Both the position numbers and the translations under genes were made by a program. From contig OZ024742.1 of the NCBI GenBank assembly GCA_964016885.1, forward strand, positions 155,930,001-155,994,000: DNA of 64,000 bases. Reading direction: 5' to 3'. How positions within the stretch are numbered: the first letter of the stretch is position 1; each line of letters starts with the position of its first letter. This document shows, in pieces, positions 1 through 12,429 of this stretch. The stretch comes from Eledone cirrhosa. Its lineage: Eukaryota. The notes beneath the pieces are model-generated. The model was not told where the DNA came from, ran no database searches, and saw nothing but the letters and a program-made list of their open reading frames with translations.

Positions 1-1277
1 ATATGGTCCCGTGTAGCATATACAGATTTGCTAAACTATCTTATGTAGCTTAGATACTACTCCAAACATCAGGAATCATAACGTCCAATTCACATGTATC
101 TCAATATTTTTATTAGAACATAGCAAATTGTTTTCTTACTGAATAATCCCTATAACTGATCATGTATATACATAATTATGATCAGACAGCTTTATCTGGA
201 AATATTAATTTAAGCTTACTACTTTCAAATGTCAGTAAGTGCATTGTAAAAACAGAATCAATAGCAACAACAAAAATAATGTCAACTGTGAACTATATTT
301 CATTATCTGATTGACAGCATTACTATTTTAGTCTTCAACTCATTAACCTTTAAACACGTCAATCTTAATATTTGCACTTAATAACCAAACACTATCTTCT
401 ACTTAACGGTCAAGAAAAGCAATACAGAATATAGCTGACGTCTCAGTCAACCGAGTTTGAGTATTTTGTAACTTGGACGATTATTTCGTTGAAATGGCCC
501 GTGACTAAATCTGACACGAAGTTTCTAGTGAGAGCAGCATGTCATCAAATATAAAGAGCATAAAACAGCTTATAGAACACTTTTTCATAACAAAAAGAAA
601 ATCATTTCAATTCTAAAGTTTTTATCTGTGTATATCTTCATGTGGATGACTTGATGGCCGTTGTCAGATAGGATTAACTTGTAAAAATTATGTTCTAACA
701 TTGTTCAATTATCACGAGGTGAAAGTTACATTATAAATAATTAAATAGAAATAAACTTCCTTCTTGTTTCCACGTCATTTCACGTTACGACTAAAACAAG
801 AGCAGTAATATGGCAGAAAAATCACAACAACAATAACACATATTACAGAAATTCAATTCATTATGGTCGGATATATATTACGGAATAATTTCTAATTTTG
901 AAGTTTTCAATTACATGTGTATAAAATATCAATAAGTTTATACCAACGAGAACAGAACACGGAATCAATATACATGTAGTAAATATATTTCAATATTAGT
1001 GTCGCTGTAAAAGATACTTAATCATTTTCAATTTTAATTAAATAAGGTTCATGTTAAAATATGTTTTTCTTTTATTTTTAAGAGAAAGTAATTTTAATCT
1101 TTATCTTCCTGATTAAACATGACATTAATGTGCCAAAGGGTGAACACATTCTGGAAACAGTTTAATATTGTATCGTGTACCAGAAAGAGAATGTAACAAG
1201 TGTAAGCATGGGTCATTGGCTATTACGTAAATATAACAACCAAACAAATAACGGATTTCTTATGTACATCATAAAAG

Positions 1278-1353
1278 CTGAATGATCATTTTAATTTAAC
1301 TGATAATATATATGTAAATATATATTCTTACTTAAATTAAAATGATCATTCAG
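1278..1353. repeat. Short inverted repeat (22-bp arms) near a (TA)n tract
   Basis: CTGAATGATCATTTTAATTTAA at 1278-1299 is the exact reverse complement of 1332-1353. Confidence 0.75.
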
Positions 1354-1376
1354 ATTTTCCGATGCAGAGAAGAAAT

Positions 1377-1380
<4 letters not shown>

Positions 1381-1448
<68 letters not shown>

Positions 1449-1595
1449 CATATATGCATACATACACACACACACATATATATATGTATATATATACACG
1501 AACACACACACGAACACACGCACACACACACATACACACATGCACACATACACACACACACAAACACCACACAAACACACATATATATATATGTA
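1381..1595. repeat. Compound (TA)n/(CA)n microsatellite
   Basis: Directly visible; source of the YIYI/HTHT ORFs. Confidence 0.95.
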
Positions 1596-1697
1596 TGCAT
1601 AATGACACTTAATTCCTCATAATGTTTCTTGAGGGTTTAATCAAATTGATATACAAAATTGAATATATAATAAAATCCTTAAATTTACATCTTTAAA

Positions 1698-1817
1698 TTA
1701 CGTTCGTCTAAAATACGAGTTATTAGATTCAACATTGGTGTTCGGTTCTCCGTCTAACTCTAACAGTTCGTTAACTGCACCTGTGTTACCGTTCGGGTAG
1801 ATGTTTATGTCTTTAAT
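1698..1817 (-). CDS. Putative terminal coding exon of an unrecognised host gene (IKDINIYPNG...YFRRT*)
   Basis: ttattAG acceptor, only phase 0 is open, ends in TAA; phase matches the exon at 4150-4270; no homology recognised. Confidence 0.35.
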   Translation of the reverse strand: MKDINIYPNGNTGAVNELLELDGEPNTNVESNNSYFRRT

Positions 1818-2193
1818 CTAATAACACCGTGTAACAAAAAAAAAATGTTTCCCTGTTCCTGGCTTGTAATCACTTTATTGTGTTGCTTAGGACCCAAATA
1901 AATTTAAAAAAATCTATTAAACAGTTAAAAGTTTGGGTTTGTAAAAATTCTGAGCTATTCACTAGAATCATTTGTATGCTGGATTTTACGTTGTATGTAA
2001 GTTTATTTTGCTTATGTTAAATTATTTTTTATATATGTTTCAGGTTAAATTAAAATTATGAAATAAAGAGTAATACCTACAGAAAATGATAAAAGTGCAA
2101 TAAAGTATAACATTGTTAAAAAGTGGATTAAAGAGATTTATTGATAATGGGTTTTCGCACCCTGAATAAAGGGTAAGTTGTGTTTTAAGCATT

Positions 2194-3078
2194 CGTCTCC
2201 AGGATGAAGCAGTGGAACTTGGTCAAGGAGGAAGTGCAGGTAACAAGTCAGAAAAGTGGACACGAACCTTTCTCAGGCTTTTACACTCTTAGGGATGGCC
2301 TCTGCTTCTGCCATGACGTTCCTGGACTGTTTGACGTTATTGGGTGCCGTTTGTGCCCAAGGAGTGGCGGCTATTTATAGATAGCTCCACCACAAGTTTG
2401 AAGGCTGTCCTCCTCCACAACAGAAACAAGTTCCCGACACTGCTCCTAGCTCATTCAGTCTGCCTGAAGGAAGATTACTACAGTGTGAAAGTCCTCTTGG
2501 AAGCTCTGTAATACAACCAGTACAATTGGGAAATCATTGGAGACTTCATGATGGTGGCTTTCCTGCTTTGACTCAAAGGAGGCTTCATGAAATTCCAATG
2601 CTTCCTCTGCCTTTGGGACAGCAGAGCCATATGTGACCACTACAAAAGAAAGAACTGGGAGCAGCGAACATAATTTGTAGTTGGGACACGGAACGTCATG
2701 AGGGAGCCACTGGTTGATCCCATGTTTGTGCTCATGCCTCCTTGAACTGTTTCAAGGCAGTTGTTAAGGGATTCCTGGGCAACTACAGACCTGAAAACTA
2801 CCAGCAATTGGTGCAGGATCTGATAAAGACATTTGGCGCCATGGGATGCAGGATGTCGATTAAACTCCATATGTTGGACGCACACCTGGAAAAATTCAAG
2901 GACAATATGGGCGCCTACTCAGAAGAACAAGCTGAACGATTCCACCAACATGTGAAAGAGATAGAGTGGAGGTACCAGGGCCACTACAATGAAAACATGA
3001 TGGGGGACAATATATGGGTCTAGTGCGGAATGCGACCTGGACTACAACCACAAATCCAGGAAATCCAGTCATTTCTGA
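2194..3078 (+). pseudogene. Chapaev3 transposase remnant (stops, frameshifts, internal deletion)
   Basis: EWRLFIDSSTTSLKAVLLH, IIGDFMMVAFLL*LKGGFMKFQCFLCLWDSR, FLGNYRPENY, MSIKLHMLDAHL, SEEQAERFHQ, RYQG. Confidence 0.85.
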
Positions 3079-3295
3079 CGTGAATAAGTTGCTTTATAAG
3101 TGTTATTTGTTTTTACTTGTTTGCTTTTGATAAGCTTGTGTAATAAAATAAATATATACTCAGTTGATTTAATTATATGAACTGATGAATTTAAAAAAAA
3201 ATGTGTTTTTGCTTGAAAAAATATGAAAATTTCGAAATATCAAACTCCTGACCTCAAACCCAAACTTCTGATTAAATAATAGTATTTTTTTATAA

Positions 3296-3480
3296 GTGTT
3301 TCTACTTTTAGCACAGGGGTCAGCAAATAGTCAGTGTATTACTGGTACTTTATTTTATCGACTCCGTAAGGATGAAAGGCAAAGTTAACCTCGGCGGGAT
3401 TTGAAATCATAATGGCAAGGGCCGTAACTCAAGGCGTCAAAGCATGGTGTCCGACCCTCTACCGATACTGCCAATCCCGG
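3296..3480 (-). mobile_element. tRNA-derived Nin/Deu-domain SINE nested in the Chapaev3 element
   Basis: Core ACTGGTACTTTATTTTATCGAC..CGTAAGGATGAAAGGCAAAGTTAACCTCGGCGGGATTTGAA shared with other copies; B-box on minus strand. Confidence 0.85.
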
Positions 3481-4149
3481 ATATAACAAACCAGGAAATG
3501 ACACTTAGAGCAGGGGAACAAAAAAATATGTTACACGGTGTAAAAATAATAAAGAAATATTCCCTTCTAATACGGCACCATTGATAAATAGATTTCACAG
3601 AGAGCATTGTATATATGACGGGTGTTAAAATAGTTTGAAATTTTATTTTGGCCTTTAACAAAATACTTAGCCTCTTGTCAACAATGTTTTGTTTGTGACA
3701 ATCTCGACAACATTCCCCTTATCCAATAAATCATAAAGAGGATTAGTATGTAGCTGAGACGGTGGAATTGTTAGCAGATCATTAATTGTAGAATTTGTTC
3801 CAGATTTTTGTATTCTGAATTCAAATCTTGTGTCTTTCACAAATGGGAGCTTTATCGGCTACCAAGGTTTTAACGCAATCTGCCCAGATGCTATTTTTGT
3901 TGCTATATTTCCTCCTCCTTCATACTACTAGCGGATAGCCTTAAATGTAAACGAATAATCGTATTTGTTTTCTTTCTTACTCTGTAGGTGAGTAAGCGAT
4001 AATAAATGAAATATTTTGACAATATCGATATATTTTGCCGTAGGTTTTGCTGTAATTCATGTTTCTCTTATGACAATTGGTCTTAACTGTATGATCAATA
4101 TATATCAATAAAGCATATATTCATTGATGGCGATAACTAACCGTTATAC

Positions 4150-4270
4150 CAACTCCGTTAAATCTTTTGTTTCATGGGTTGAAGACGAAATAGACGTACA
4201 GGATATATGTTGCCATAAAATAACAGAGATAATGATCTGCATTATTAAATAGGAATTTCGTGAAATACAT
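4150..4270 (-). CDS. Putative host exon (CISRNSYLIMQIIISVILWQH...DLTEL)
   Basis: ttctttattctacAG acceptor, GTataa donor, 121 nt, phase 2 to 0, single open frame. Confidence 0.4.
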
Positions 4271-4842
4271 CTGTAGAATAAAGAAGCTTTGCTTATAATA
4301 CAAATTATAATGAAGAATCCACAGTAGTAAATACTTGCACTCATTAATTAAGAAGATATATAATTAAGTGCCTCATTTTATTCACTTAGATATTCCATTA
4401 TTAACGAATATATACATCAATTAGAAACATTTATATTATTCTAATATTGATATAATTATACATTTATATATATATATGCAACAGTATTCGTGTACAATTA
4501 ATTTATATTCAATTTTTGTGCATTCAATTATTCATATTCACATACGCTCACGTGCATGCCCACACACACGCACATTAGTATTGAGTACTTAATTTTCTGC
4601 CTCATGTTCACACATATATGCTTGAATATATGTTCTTGTATGTGTACTAGTTGGATGCGATAATTTGTGTGTGCATTGGAATAAAACTGTGCATGAGAGC
4701 AGGTATCATAAAGTAATTTCGAAATCGTCAACAAATTAGTGATTCATTTCATAAGCTCTAATTGTATTTTTCTTGTATCATTCATATTTTATTTACCTAA
4801 CGATCTACTTCACTTATTCATTAATCTCTCCTTCTTTCTATA

Positions 4843-5077
<235 letters not shown>

Positions 5078-5414
5078 ACGTCTACTGACATGTATCCGTA
5101 TATATCTATGAACATGTACATTTAAAGTATCCTCGGAATATTCGTAAATTCATAAGCAGCTTTCAAATCTTGAGCTTATTTTTCGATACCACACTTAGCT
5201 AGAAAGCAATGCTAATACTATTGACGTCAGTGATATGAGTAAAGCCAGACGCTAAAATCATCTATTGAAACACTATACAACATACAGTGTACGTGTTCAA
5301 ATTGATTGCTTCTTGGTTTTTTTTAATAATTGTGTCACTATATTGACAGGATTAGATCACATATTATGTTGAAGATCAACTTGTAGCAATGCTGATACAT
5401 AGATCATTAAAAAG

Positions 5415-5527
5415 TAATAATTGTTTCTACGTTAGGCACAAGGCCAACAAATTCACCAGTGCATTACTGGTACTTTATTTTATCGAACCCGTAAGGATGA
5501 AAGTCAAAGTAAACCTCGGCGGGATTA
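5415..5527 (-). mobile_element. 5'-truncated SINE copy
   Basis: Same SINE core, truncated in the B-box, TAATAAT on both sides. Confidence 0.85.
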
Positions 5528-6617
5528 ATAATATGTGTACATACCTTATAGAGTATGTAGAATGAACTTACAGCCAATATTTCAGGCTATGAATATAGTT
5601 AATCATTTCTTGTGTGCGTTTCGTACTTATTCAGATTGTTCTAACACCACAATCTAATCTTTTGTCGCATTTTGTCTAAAATATATACGGTAAATATTCT
5701 GATCAAGTGTCAGGTAAAATGTTTCATCCAATCTTCCCTATTCACAATGTACCTGCAAAGGATCATCTATTTTACTTTTATACATCTCACTAAACCACTA
5801 AACCATATAAATCAATATAGCGCCTTTCAGTCTCCAATATCTTGTTACTCATTTATCGCAGTGTGCTTGCGTTAAATATTCAAGGGAATGCACCGTGATT
5901 CAATAAAAAATACATACCGATTAAACTAAGTCATTACTTTGTTGAAATAATTTAGAAGAATTTATGAATTACCATGCAAAGGAATATCATTTCCTTTCAA
6001 CACGGTCAATATTTGAAGGAGCTTCTATACCTGACATCTTTGTGTTGGATGTTACGTGTAATAAAATGTATTTCGATCTGGAAGTAAATATTTAGTTTTA
6101 TCTTGAAAATTAGATAACATTGTACTAGGAGATTGGACTTAGGTATCTTTCGTTTTTACTGGACTCATTTTTTTTTATCTGATAAAGTCGCAAAACAATT
6201 TCTGCCACGTATGATCATGAATGTGTCTCTCTCTCTCTATATATATATGTGTGTGTGTGCGTGTGAGTGTGTGTATGTGTGTGTGTGTGAGGGGGGTGAG
6301 TGTGTGTATGTGGGGGGGGGGGGGTATGTGTATGTGTGTGTATGTGTGTGTGTGTGTGTGTTTATGCGTGCATGCGTGTGTGTGTGTGTGTCCAGAAGAG
6401 ATTGTTTTTGTAAAACACAGGAGCAAGCAGGAGAAAGCTCTTTAGATCCGTAGTTTGTTGTTACGATGGATTTTCAGTATAAGATTAACATTGAGAAAGG
6501 TGCTGATGTTACATATACAGTTTATTCATAATAAAGGATTGTATTGGAGAACTGTTTAAGCAATTATTATGAATAAACGAATTGTATGACATCAGCATAT
6601 TTCTGAATGTTAATCTC

Positions 6618-6648
<31 letters not shown>

Positions 6649-6649
6649 G

Positions 6650-6981
6650 TAATAATAATAAATTTGAAGACTAAAATCCAAAAAGGGCTCGATAAGGATA
6701 AATATATATCAAATATATAAGAACTGTAGAGCAAATATTTATTAAAATAACAGATTAAAGTTTAAGCAAAGAATCGCTGCTTTCGCCCTTAACGGGATCT
6801 TCTGAAACTAACAAAGTCAATCTGTAAACGCAGAAGTGGATATGTCTTACTCCGGTTGCAACGTTTTTTGAAATATCCACTTCTGCGTTTACAGATGGAC
6901 TTTGTTAGTTTCAGAAGATCCCGTTAAGGGTGAAAGCAGCGATTCTTTGCTTAAACTTTAATCTGTTATTTTAATAAATAT
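6650..6981 (-). mobile_element. PLE-like terminal remnant with inverted duplication (109-bp arms 6735-6843/6873-6981) between (TA)n tracts
   Basis: Near-perfect inverted repeat with 29-nt spacer; related single copy at about 58940-59082; hammerhead-like fold in both arms. Confidence 0.7.
6907..6957 (+). ncRNA. Type I hammerhead-like motif with variant core CAGAAGA (mirror copy 6759-6809 on minus)
   Basis: agttt CAGAAGA t-ccc-gttaa-ggg-t GAA AGCAG-cgattct-TTGCT T aaact; all three stems pair; core position 4 is A rather than U. Confidence 0.55.
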
Positions 6982-7217
6982 ATATATATATATATATTAT
7001 ATTTTGAGAATAAACTCTCAGTCGTTTACAATAATTAAGCTCCAGGAAGGGGCTCTTCCAAGCAGTTACATTTAAAATATATGATAAACACGAAATGTGT
7101 TCATATTGCAACAGACAAAGTTAGCTATTAATGAAATAAACTAATTAAAGTAAATACAATTTGTCTGTCTCGATATAAGTCAATAAAGACAAATATATAT
7201 ATATTTATATATATATG

Positions 7218-7248
<31 letters not shown>

Positions 7249-7249
7249 T

Positions 7250-7560
7250 TATACATTTCGTTTCTGAATTTGTTTAGCAAGATTCTTTATCTGAAAACGT
7301 GTGTTGAAACCGATATAGTTATACTTTGGGAGGGTCATGTCGCCAATAAGGAACACACGCACCAGTGTTTCACTTCAATTTATTATAATAAATTTATAAA
7401 TTTATAAATTTATAAATTTCCGGTTGGTTGGTTCCAGAACCAGATGATTGTTTATATATTGTCAAAGTTCTTTCGTCAGACATTATGTGACCTCTTCAGT
7501 GACTGGGAATTATTTTCTTTGTTTTTGTGCCTCTCTTTTGTTCTGTCCTACGCCATCTGC
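7250..7560 (-). mobile_element. PLE pseudo-LTR/3' end, same family as 9990-11047
   Basis: Colinear with 9990-10310, abuts (TA)n, contains a hammerhead motif. Confidence 0.8.
7461..7503 (-). ncRNA. Minimal type I hammerhead ribozyme
   Basis: gtca CTGAAGA g gtca-cataatgtc-tgac GAA AG-aa-CT T tgac. Confidence 0.75.
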
Positions 7561-7715
7561 TTGACCGACAAACGCTCTGTATAATCACTTCCTGGTTATT
7601 TACTAGATTGCTATAAGAACCAAACATCCATGATTTCAGCAGACAGGAGGAGTAGTTGGCTTTGATAAGCATCAATAAATGCAAAACAAGGCCTTGTCAG
7701 CTTTATCTCCCCTGT

Positions 7716-7880
7716 TTGCTGAAATTAAAGTAAGTGAGTCTGTACCTACTCTAAAACAATAGCATAATGTTTTCGAAATGCTTTTAATTAAGCATACAGT
7801 GTATTGCAAAATACACTATATATACATTCATATATATATAGCTATTTCAGAGCACCAATTCTAATACATATATATATATA

Positions 7881-7918
<38 letters not shown>

Positions 7919-8061
7919 TTGGTGCTCTGAAATAGCTATATATATATGAATGTATATATAGTGTATTTTGCAATACACTGTATGCTTAATTAAAAGCATT
8001 TCGAAAACCTTATACTATTGTTTTTGAGTAGTTACAGACTCACCTACTTTAATTTCAGCAA
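7716..8061. repeat. Inverted repeat (~150-bp arms) centred on a (TA)n tract
   Basis: 7716-7866 is the reverse complement of 7911-8061 with a few distal mismatches. Confidence 0.9.
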
Positions 8062-8125
8062 CTATATATATATATATTGTGACGAAACATAAGTCAATTG
8101 CACGAACTCATAATCCTTTGTTTAT

Positions 8126-8168
8126 TGCTATATATATTTCGATGATATGGCTATGACCTCATCAGGCA
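8126..8168 (-). ncRNA. Minimal hammerhead motif in a short (TA)n-flanked PLE remnant (8079-8308)
   Basis: tgc CTGATGA ... GAA ATATATAT A gca; palindromic stem III; stem II decayed. Confidence 0.55.
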
Positions 8169-8320
8169 GTTAGTCAGTTCTTATATATGCCAGCTCTGTG
8201 TTTATGGTGTTTATGGTATCAGACCCTTGAGACATATGAGCTTGTTAGGAATAATTTAATGTTGTCAGCAGGAATAATCTTAATTCTCATTGGTCAGTTT
8301 GTAGATGCTATATATATATG

Positions 8321-8403
<83 letters not shown>

Positions 8404-8406
<3 letters not shown>

Positions 8407-9568
8407 GGTATGGACATAGAAAAAAGAATGTATTTGCAAAATATATTGTTGACAATTCGTCTTTTACCTTAGATTTATTTTAAGCGTCCTTAATTTTCGA
8501 GATAATATCTCTTCTTCAGAGGGAAATAAAGGTCTCAAACCACCGTTCTAAATATCTTGCCAAGCCATGCTGGCAGGAAATAGTATAGAGTATCTGTTCT
8601 ATCTCTAATGTCAAGGAGTTAAAATTAGGTGGATAAAGAGTAGTCTCCCTTTAAAATGGGTTTGTTTAGGTGTTTTTTTTTATATACATGACTGTTTAAG
8701 TGTGTGTGAGAATGCATGAAGGTGTAAGTATGTGAGTGTGTGTGTGTGAGTGTGAGAAGATAAATCTATTCGTAAATGTGGGGGATAGGTGTTATCTGGT
8801 GTTAGAACTGGTTTTGTGTGTGTATGTGTGAGAGAGAATAAGTGGAGGTGTAAGCGTGTGTGTGTGTATGGGGGGTGCAAATATGGGGCTAGAAGCCCTA
8901 TCAGGTTATAAATTGGGTGTTGAGTTCTAGTCTATTATTGATAGGTGGTTGTGTTTTATCTATAATTAGTGCTTGCTTAATTCAAAGATTGCCGAGGTTT
9001 CTTTCCTTAGTTTCTATCCTAACTGTTATGGTTTTGTCGGTGTTTTTGCATTTAACTAGGTGTTTCTTAAATGAGGAAGCGTTAGTATTGAGGTGTTCTT
9101 TTATTCTTATGTGGAGTGGTCTGGTGGTGCTAACCTACGTAGAAGTTGTTGCAGTTGTCACACTCTAGTCTGTATACGACGTAAGCCTGGTGGCATAGGT
9201 CTGTGTCGTTGATGGGGCAGTTGGCTAGTCTGCAGCAGTTGTCATGTCTGGTGGAGTGTCTTTTGGCTAGCTGTCCGCGCAGAGAAGGACCTGAGTGGGC
9301 CAGTTGGATATCTAGTCCTTCTCGTCTGATGGCTCTGCGGATGGCTGTTGTTGTTTCTTCACTGAAGTGTGGGTGCTTCAGGAAGCAAGTGTTAGTGCCT
9401 CGGGTGTGGTGTCCTCTGTTCATTCTAGCACGGTTTGTGGTGGATGTCGTGTATCCGTTCAGTTTGCGTACTTCCAGGAAATGGGTGGTGTGTGTGTCTC
9501 GGTCTCTAGCGTCGGTGCATTTGTTCCGGATACGTGCCAGTTCGTTCCTTATGTATCCGAACTTGGCT
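8404..9568 (-). mobile_element. 5'-truncated Penelope-like retroelement (RT thumb, GIY-YIG endonuclease, 3' UTR)
   Basis: CRLANCPINDTDLCHQAYVVYRLECDNCNNFYVG, then frameshifted TTRPLHIRIKEHL...PPIN; (TA)n on both sides. Confidence 0.85.
8488..8522 (-). ncRNA. Very compact (35 nt) type I hammerhead motif
   Basis: cct CTGAAGA a gagat-att-atctc GAA AATT A agg; lies in the PLE 3' UTR in sense orientation. Confidence 0.65.
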
Positions 9569-9652
9569 ATATATATTTATATATATATATATATATAAAT
9601 GAAAAGTATAGAAATTGTTGTAGCGAGAAGCTAACAATATTCCATAACATAT

Positions 9653-9709
<57 letters not shown>

Positions 9710-9712
<3 letters not shown>

Positions 9713-9936
9713 GATATTCTATTTAAATTGTTGAGATACAACAATCAGATATTGTTATAACTGATATAAAGCACTCAACAGATTATTGGAGTAAAAATAC
9801 GATATATTAATAAATGGAAACTATATTTATAAAACCATATTTATTTCATTATACATATTTCAAAGCCATATCATTGAAATATGTATAATGAAATAAATAT
9901 GGTTTTATAAATAGAGTTTCCATTTGTTAATACATC

Positions 9937-9940
<4 letters not shown>
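9710..9940 (-). mobile_element. PLE end with inverted duplication (arms 9797-9863/9874-9940), same family as 24119-24600
   Basis: Inverted repeat visible; shares ATAAATGGAAA.CTATATTTATAAAACCATAT with about 24217-24250; (TA)n on both sides. Confidence 0.75.
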
Positions 9941-9989
<49 letters not shown>

Positions 9990-9992
<3 letters not shown>

Positions 9993-11039
9993 CGTTTCTG
10001 AATTTGTTTAGCAAGATTCTTTATCTGAAGTCGTGTGTTGAAACCGATATTGTTATACTTTGGGAGGGTCATGTTGCCAATAAGAAACACACGCACCAGT
10101 TGCTTTCACTTCAATTTATTATATATTTATAATTTTATAAATTTACAAATCTACAAACTTATAAATTTCTGGTTGGTTGGTTGGTTCCACAACCAGATAG
10201 TTGTTTATATATAGTCATAGTCCTTTCGTCACACACTCTGTGACCTCTTCAGTGACTGGGGATTCCTTTCTTTGTTTCTGTGCCTTTCCTTTCTTCTGTC
10301 CTACGCCATTTTGTTTCTGTGTGTGTGTGTTGTGTGCTCAGTATGCGCATGCGCCACATCCGGGTGTCTGTGTGTGTTTGTGTTCATTTATCTATTTGTT
10401 TATTTATTTATTTATTGTTGGTTAGTTGTTTGTTCTATGTGTGTGTGTGTTTTCATTTTGTCCTTAATTGTAAGTTGTGATGTTGCTGTTCCACTCATAT
10501 TTTCTATTTAATTTTGGTTGTAATTCTTTTATGCTTACTGCCTCTGTAATTTGTCTCAACATTGCATCTTTTCTGTGTGTGGATTCTATTTTTATTTCTA
10601 TGTTCTCTAATTTACCCCTCTGTTCTATCTTAGCACAGATGATTCTTTATTATCTTGAAGGTCTCGCCAGTGTTCATTTATTCGTTCCCCTATACTACGA
10701 GCTGTCTCACCTATGTACACTATATTTTATTATATTTCTGTTTCTACATTGTCCTTCAGTACATCTTATGCTATACACTACATTTCTAGTTTTACAGTTA
10801 ATATGGGGGCTTATTTTACAGGTTATACATTTCTTATCTATACATGAGGGTGTTTGTAATGTGTATGTCTTGCTAATAAGTGTTTTTACGGAGGTACCTG
10901 GTTGTGGAACCAACCAACCAACCAGAAATTTATAAGTTTGTAGATTTGTAAATTTATAAATTTATAAATATATAATAAATTGAAGTGAAAGCAACTGGTG
11001 CGTGTGTTTCTTATTGGCAACATGACCCTCCCAAAGTAT

Positions 11040-11047
<8 letters not shown>
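9990..11047 (-). mobile_element. 5'-truncated PLE (Naiad-like) with inverted 5' pseudo-LTR
   Basis: GIY-YIG region PGTSVKTLISKTY...CITCKISPHINCKTRNVVYSIRC; 150-bp inverted repeat 10047-10196/10898-11047; (TA)n flanks. Confidence 0.85.
10213..10257 (-). ncRNA. Minimal type I hammerhead ribozyme
   Basis: agtca CTGAAGA g gtcaca-gagtg-tgtgac GAA AG-ga-CT A tgact; perfect stems I and II. Confidence 0.85.
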
Positions 11048-11118
<71 letters not shown>

Positions 11119-11761
11119 CACACACACACAAACACACTCAAATATATATAATTAATATAATGTTTCATACATGTAACATCTATGTGATACCTTTGGCTTC
11201 GGGGACCTGCTATGAGTCCCCCACTGTATATTGGAGTAGGCATTTCCAAACTGACCCTTTATCGGGCACGTAGACACATATATGAATAAAGGAATTTCTT
11301 TCAACCGACAAACTTTGCACTCCCATATTCGCACATACCTGATAAGCGTATGAAACATTATTTACACGAAATAAAATCTCTTGCAAAATTTGGACTATTG
11401 TTTTCCTGATTTTTCCTCTACGGTTATCCTGCATATATAGATTTGATCTACGGATATCCTATACATACATAGCATTCTGCTTCCTCCTGTGTACTTATGA
11501 GGCTACATCTTCGGCACTGTTTGCGTATATACATCCCTACGGATCAAGCAGATATAGAAGGAAAATGTGCTGCAGATACATTAACGGACATGAAGCAATA
11601 TATATTGCATATTCGACGTGTGCCGGATGATAATCGTAATGACGTGAAAACGTACCTACATGAAATCTAAACTATAATAAAGTAAGAAGCGCGGGATTGC
11701 GTGCGATTTATAATTTGTTATCCCCTTAGTAAAATAAGTTGGATTACTTTGAATAAATAAT

Positions 11762-11870
11762 TTTTTCTACTATTGGCACAAGGCCAGCAATTACTCCAGT
11801 ACATTACTGGTATTTATTTTATTGACCCCGTAAGGATGAAAGGCAAAGTGAACCTCGGCGGAATTTGAAT
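11762..11870 (-). mobile_element. 5'-truncated SINE with 14-bp target duplication
   Basis: SINE core; TTTGAATAAATAAT at 11748-11761 and 11864-11877. Confidence 0.85.
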
Positions 11871-12429
11871 AAATAATGAATGAATATTACATAATTTATC
11901 TACTAAATTTCGTGGCTGTTCATTAAATATATTTTATTATTTATTTAAATATTCACTTCTTTAAAATTTTCAAATGTCAACGCTTCCGGTGGCGATCGTT
12001 TAAATAAACATACTAATTGTATGTCACTAATTTTCTCCTAATGCAGTTAATTATAATATCGTCGTTGTTTTATGGATCATGGATTACGTTACTGATTACA
12101 TAAGAGAGTGTAACACAGTCTACGTGCAATATCTATGTATATTGTCAATTACGATTGTATTTGATTTACCATATCTACATGTATATAAACTTGCGTATAT
12201 CAATATACACACTACACACCTTAGCAGATATAAGGGTGGTTTTTCTGCTAGTATATTTAATAAACCCTAATCGAAACGCTGGAATTCATCTCTCGTTAAT
12301 GTACTTACAGATCCCCACTCTGTTTCACCTTTTCTCTCCCCGTCTCTCTCTCTCTCGCTTCCTTTTTCTCTCTCTCTCTCTCTCCCTCTCAGATACAGAT
12401 ACATTTGTTTCACGGTACGTTTGTTACAT

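Larger units (their letters stand above)
1825..3540 (+). mobile_element. Chapaev3-type DNA transposon, internally deleted
   Basis: TIRs CACCGTGTAACA...TGTTACACGGTG, 3-bp TAA duplication at 1822-1824 and 3541-3543, internal transposase motifs. Confidence 0.85.

Noticed and set aside
10020-10050. CTGAAG...GAAAC hammerhead-like text (also about 7290)
   Set aside because: Core incomplete in both copies, stems weak, antisense to the element
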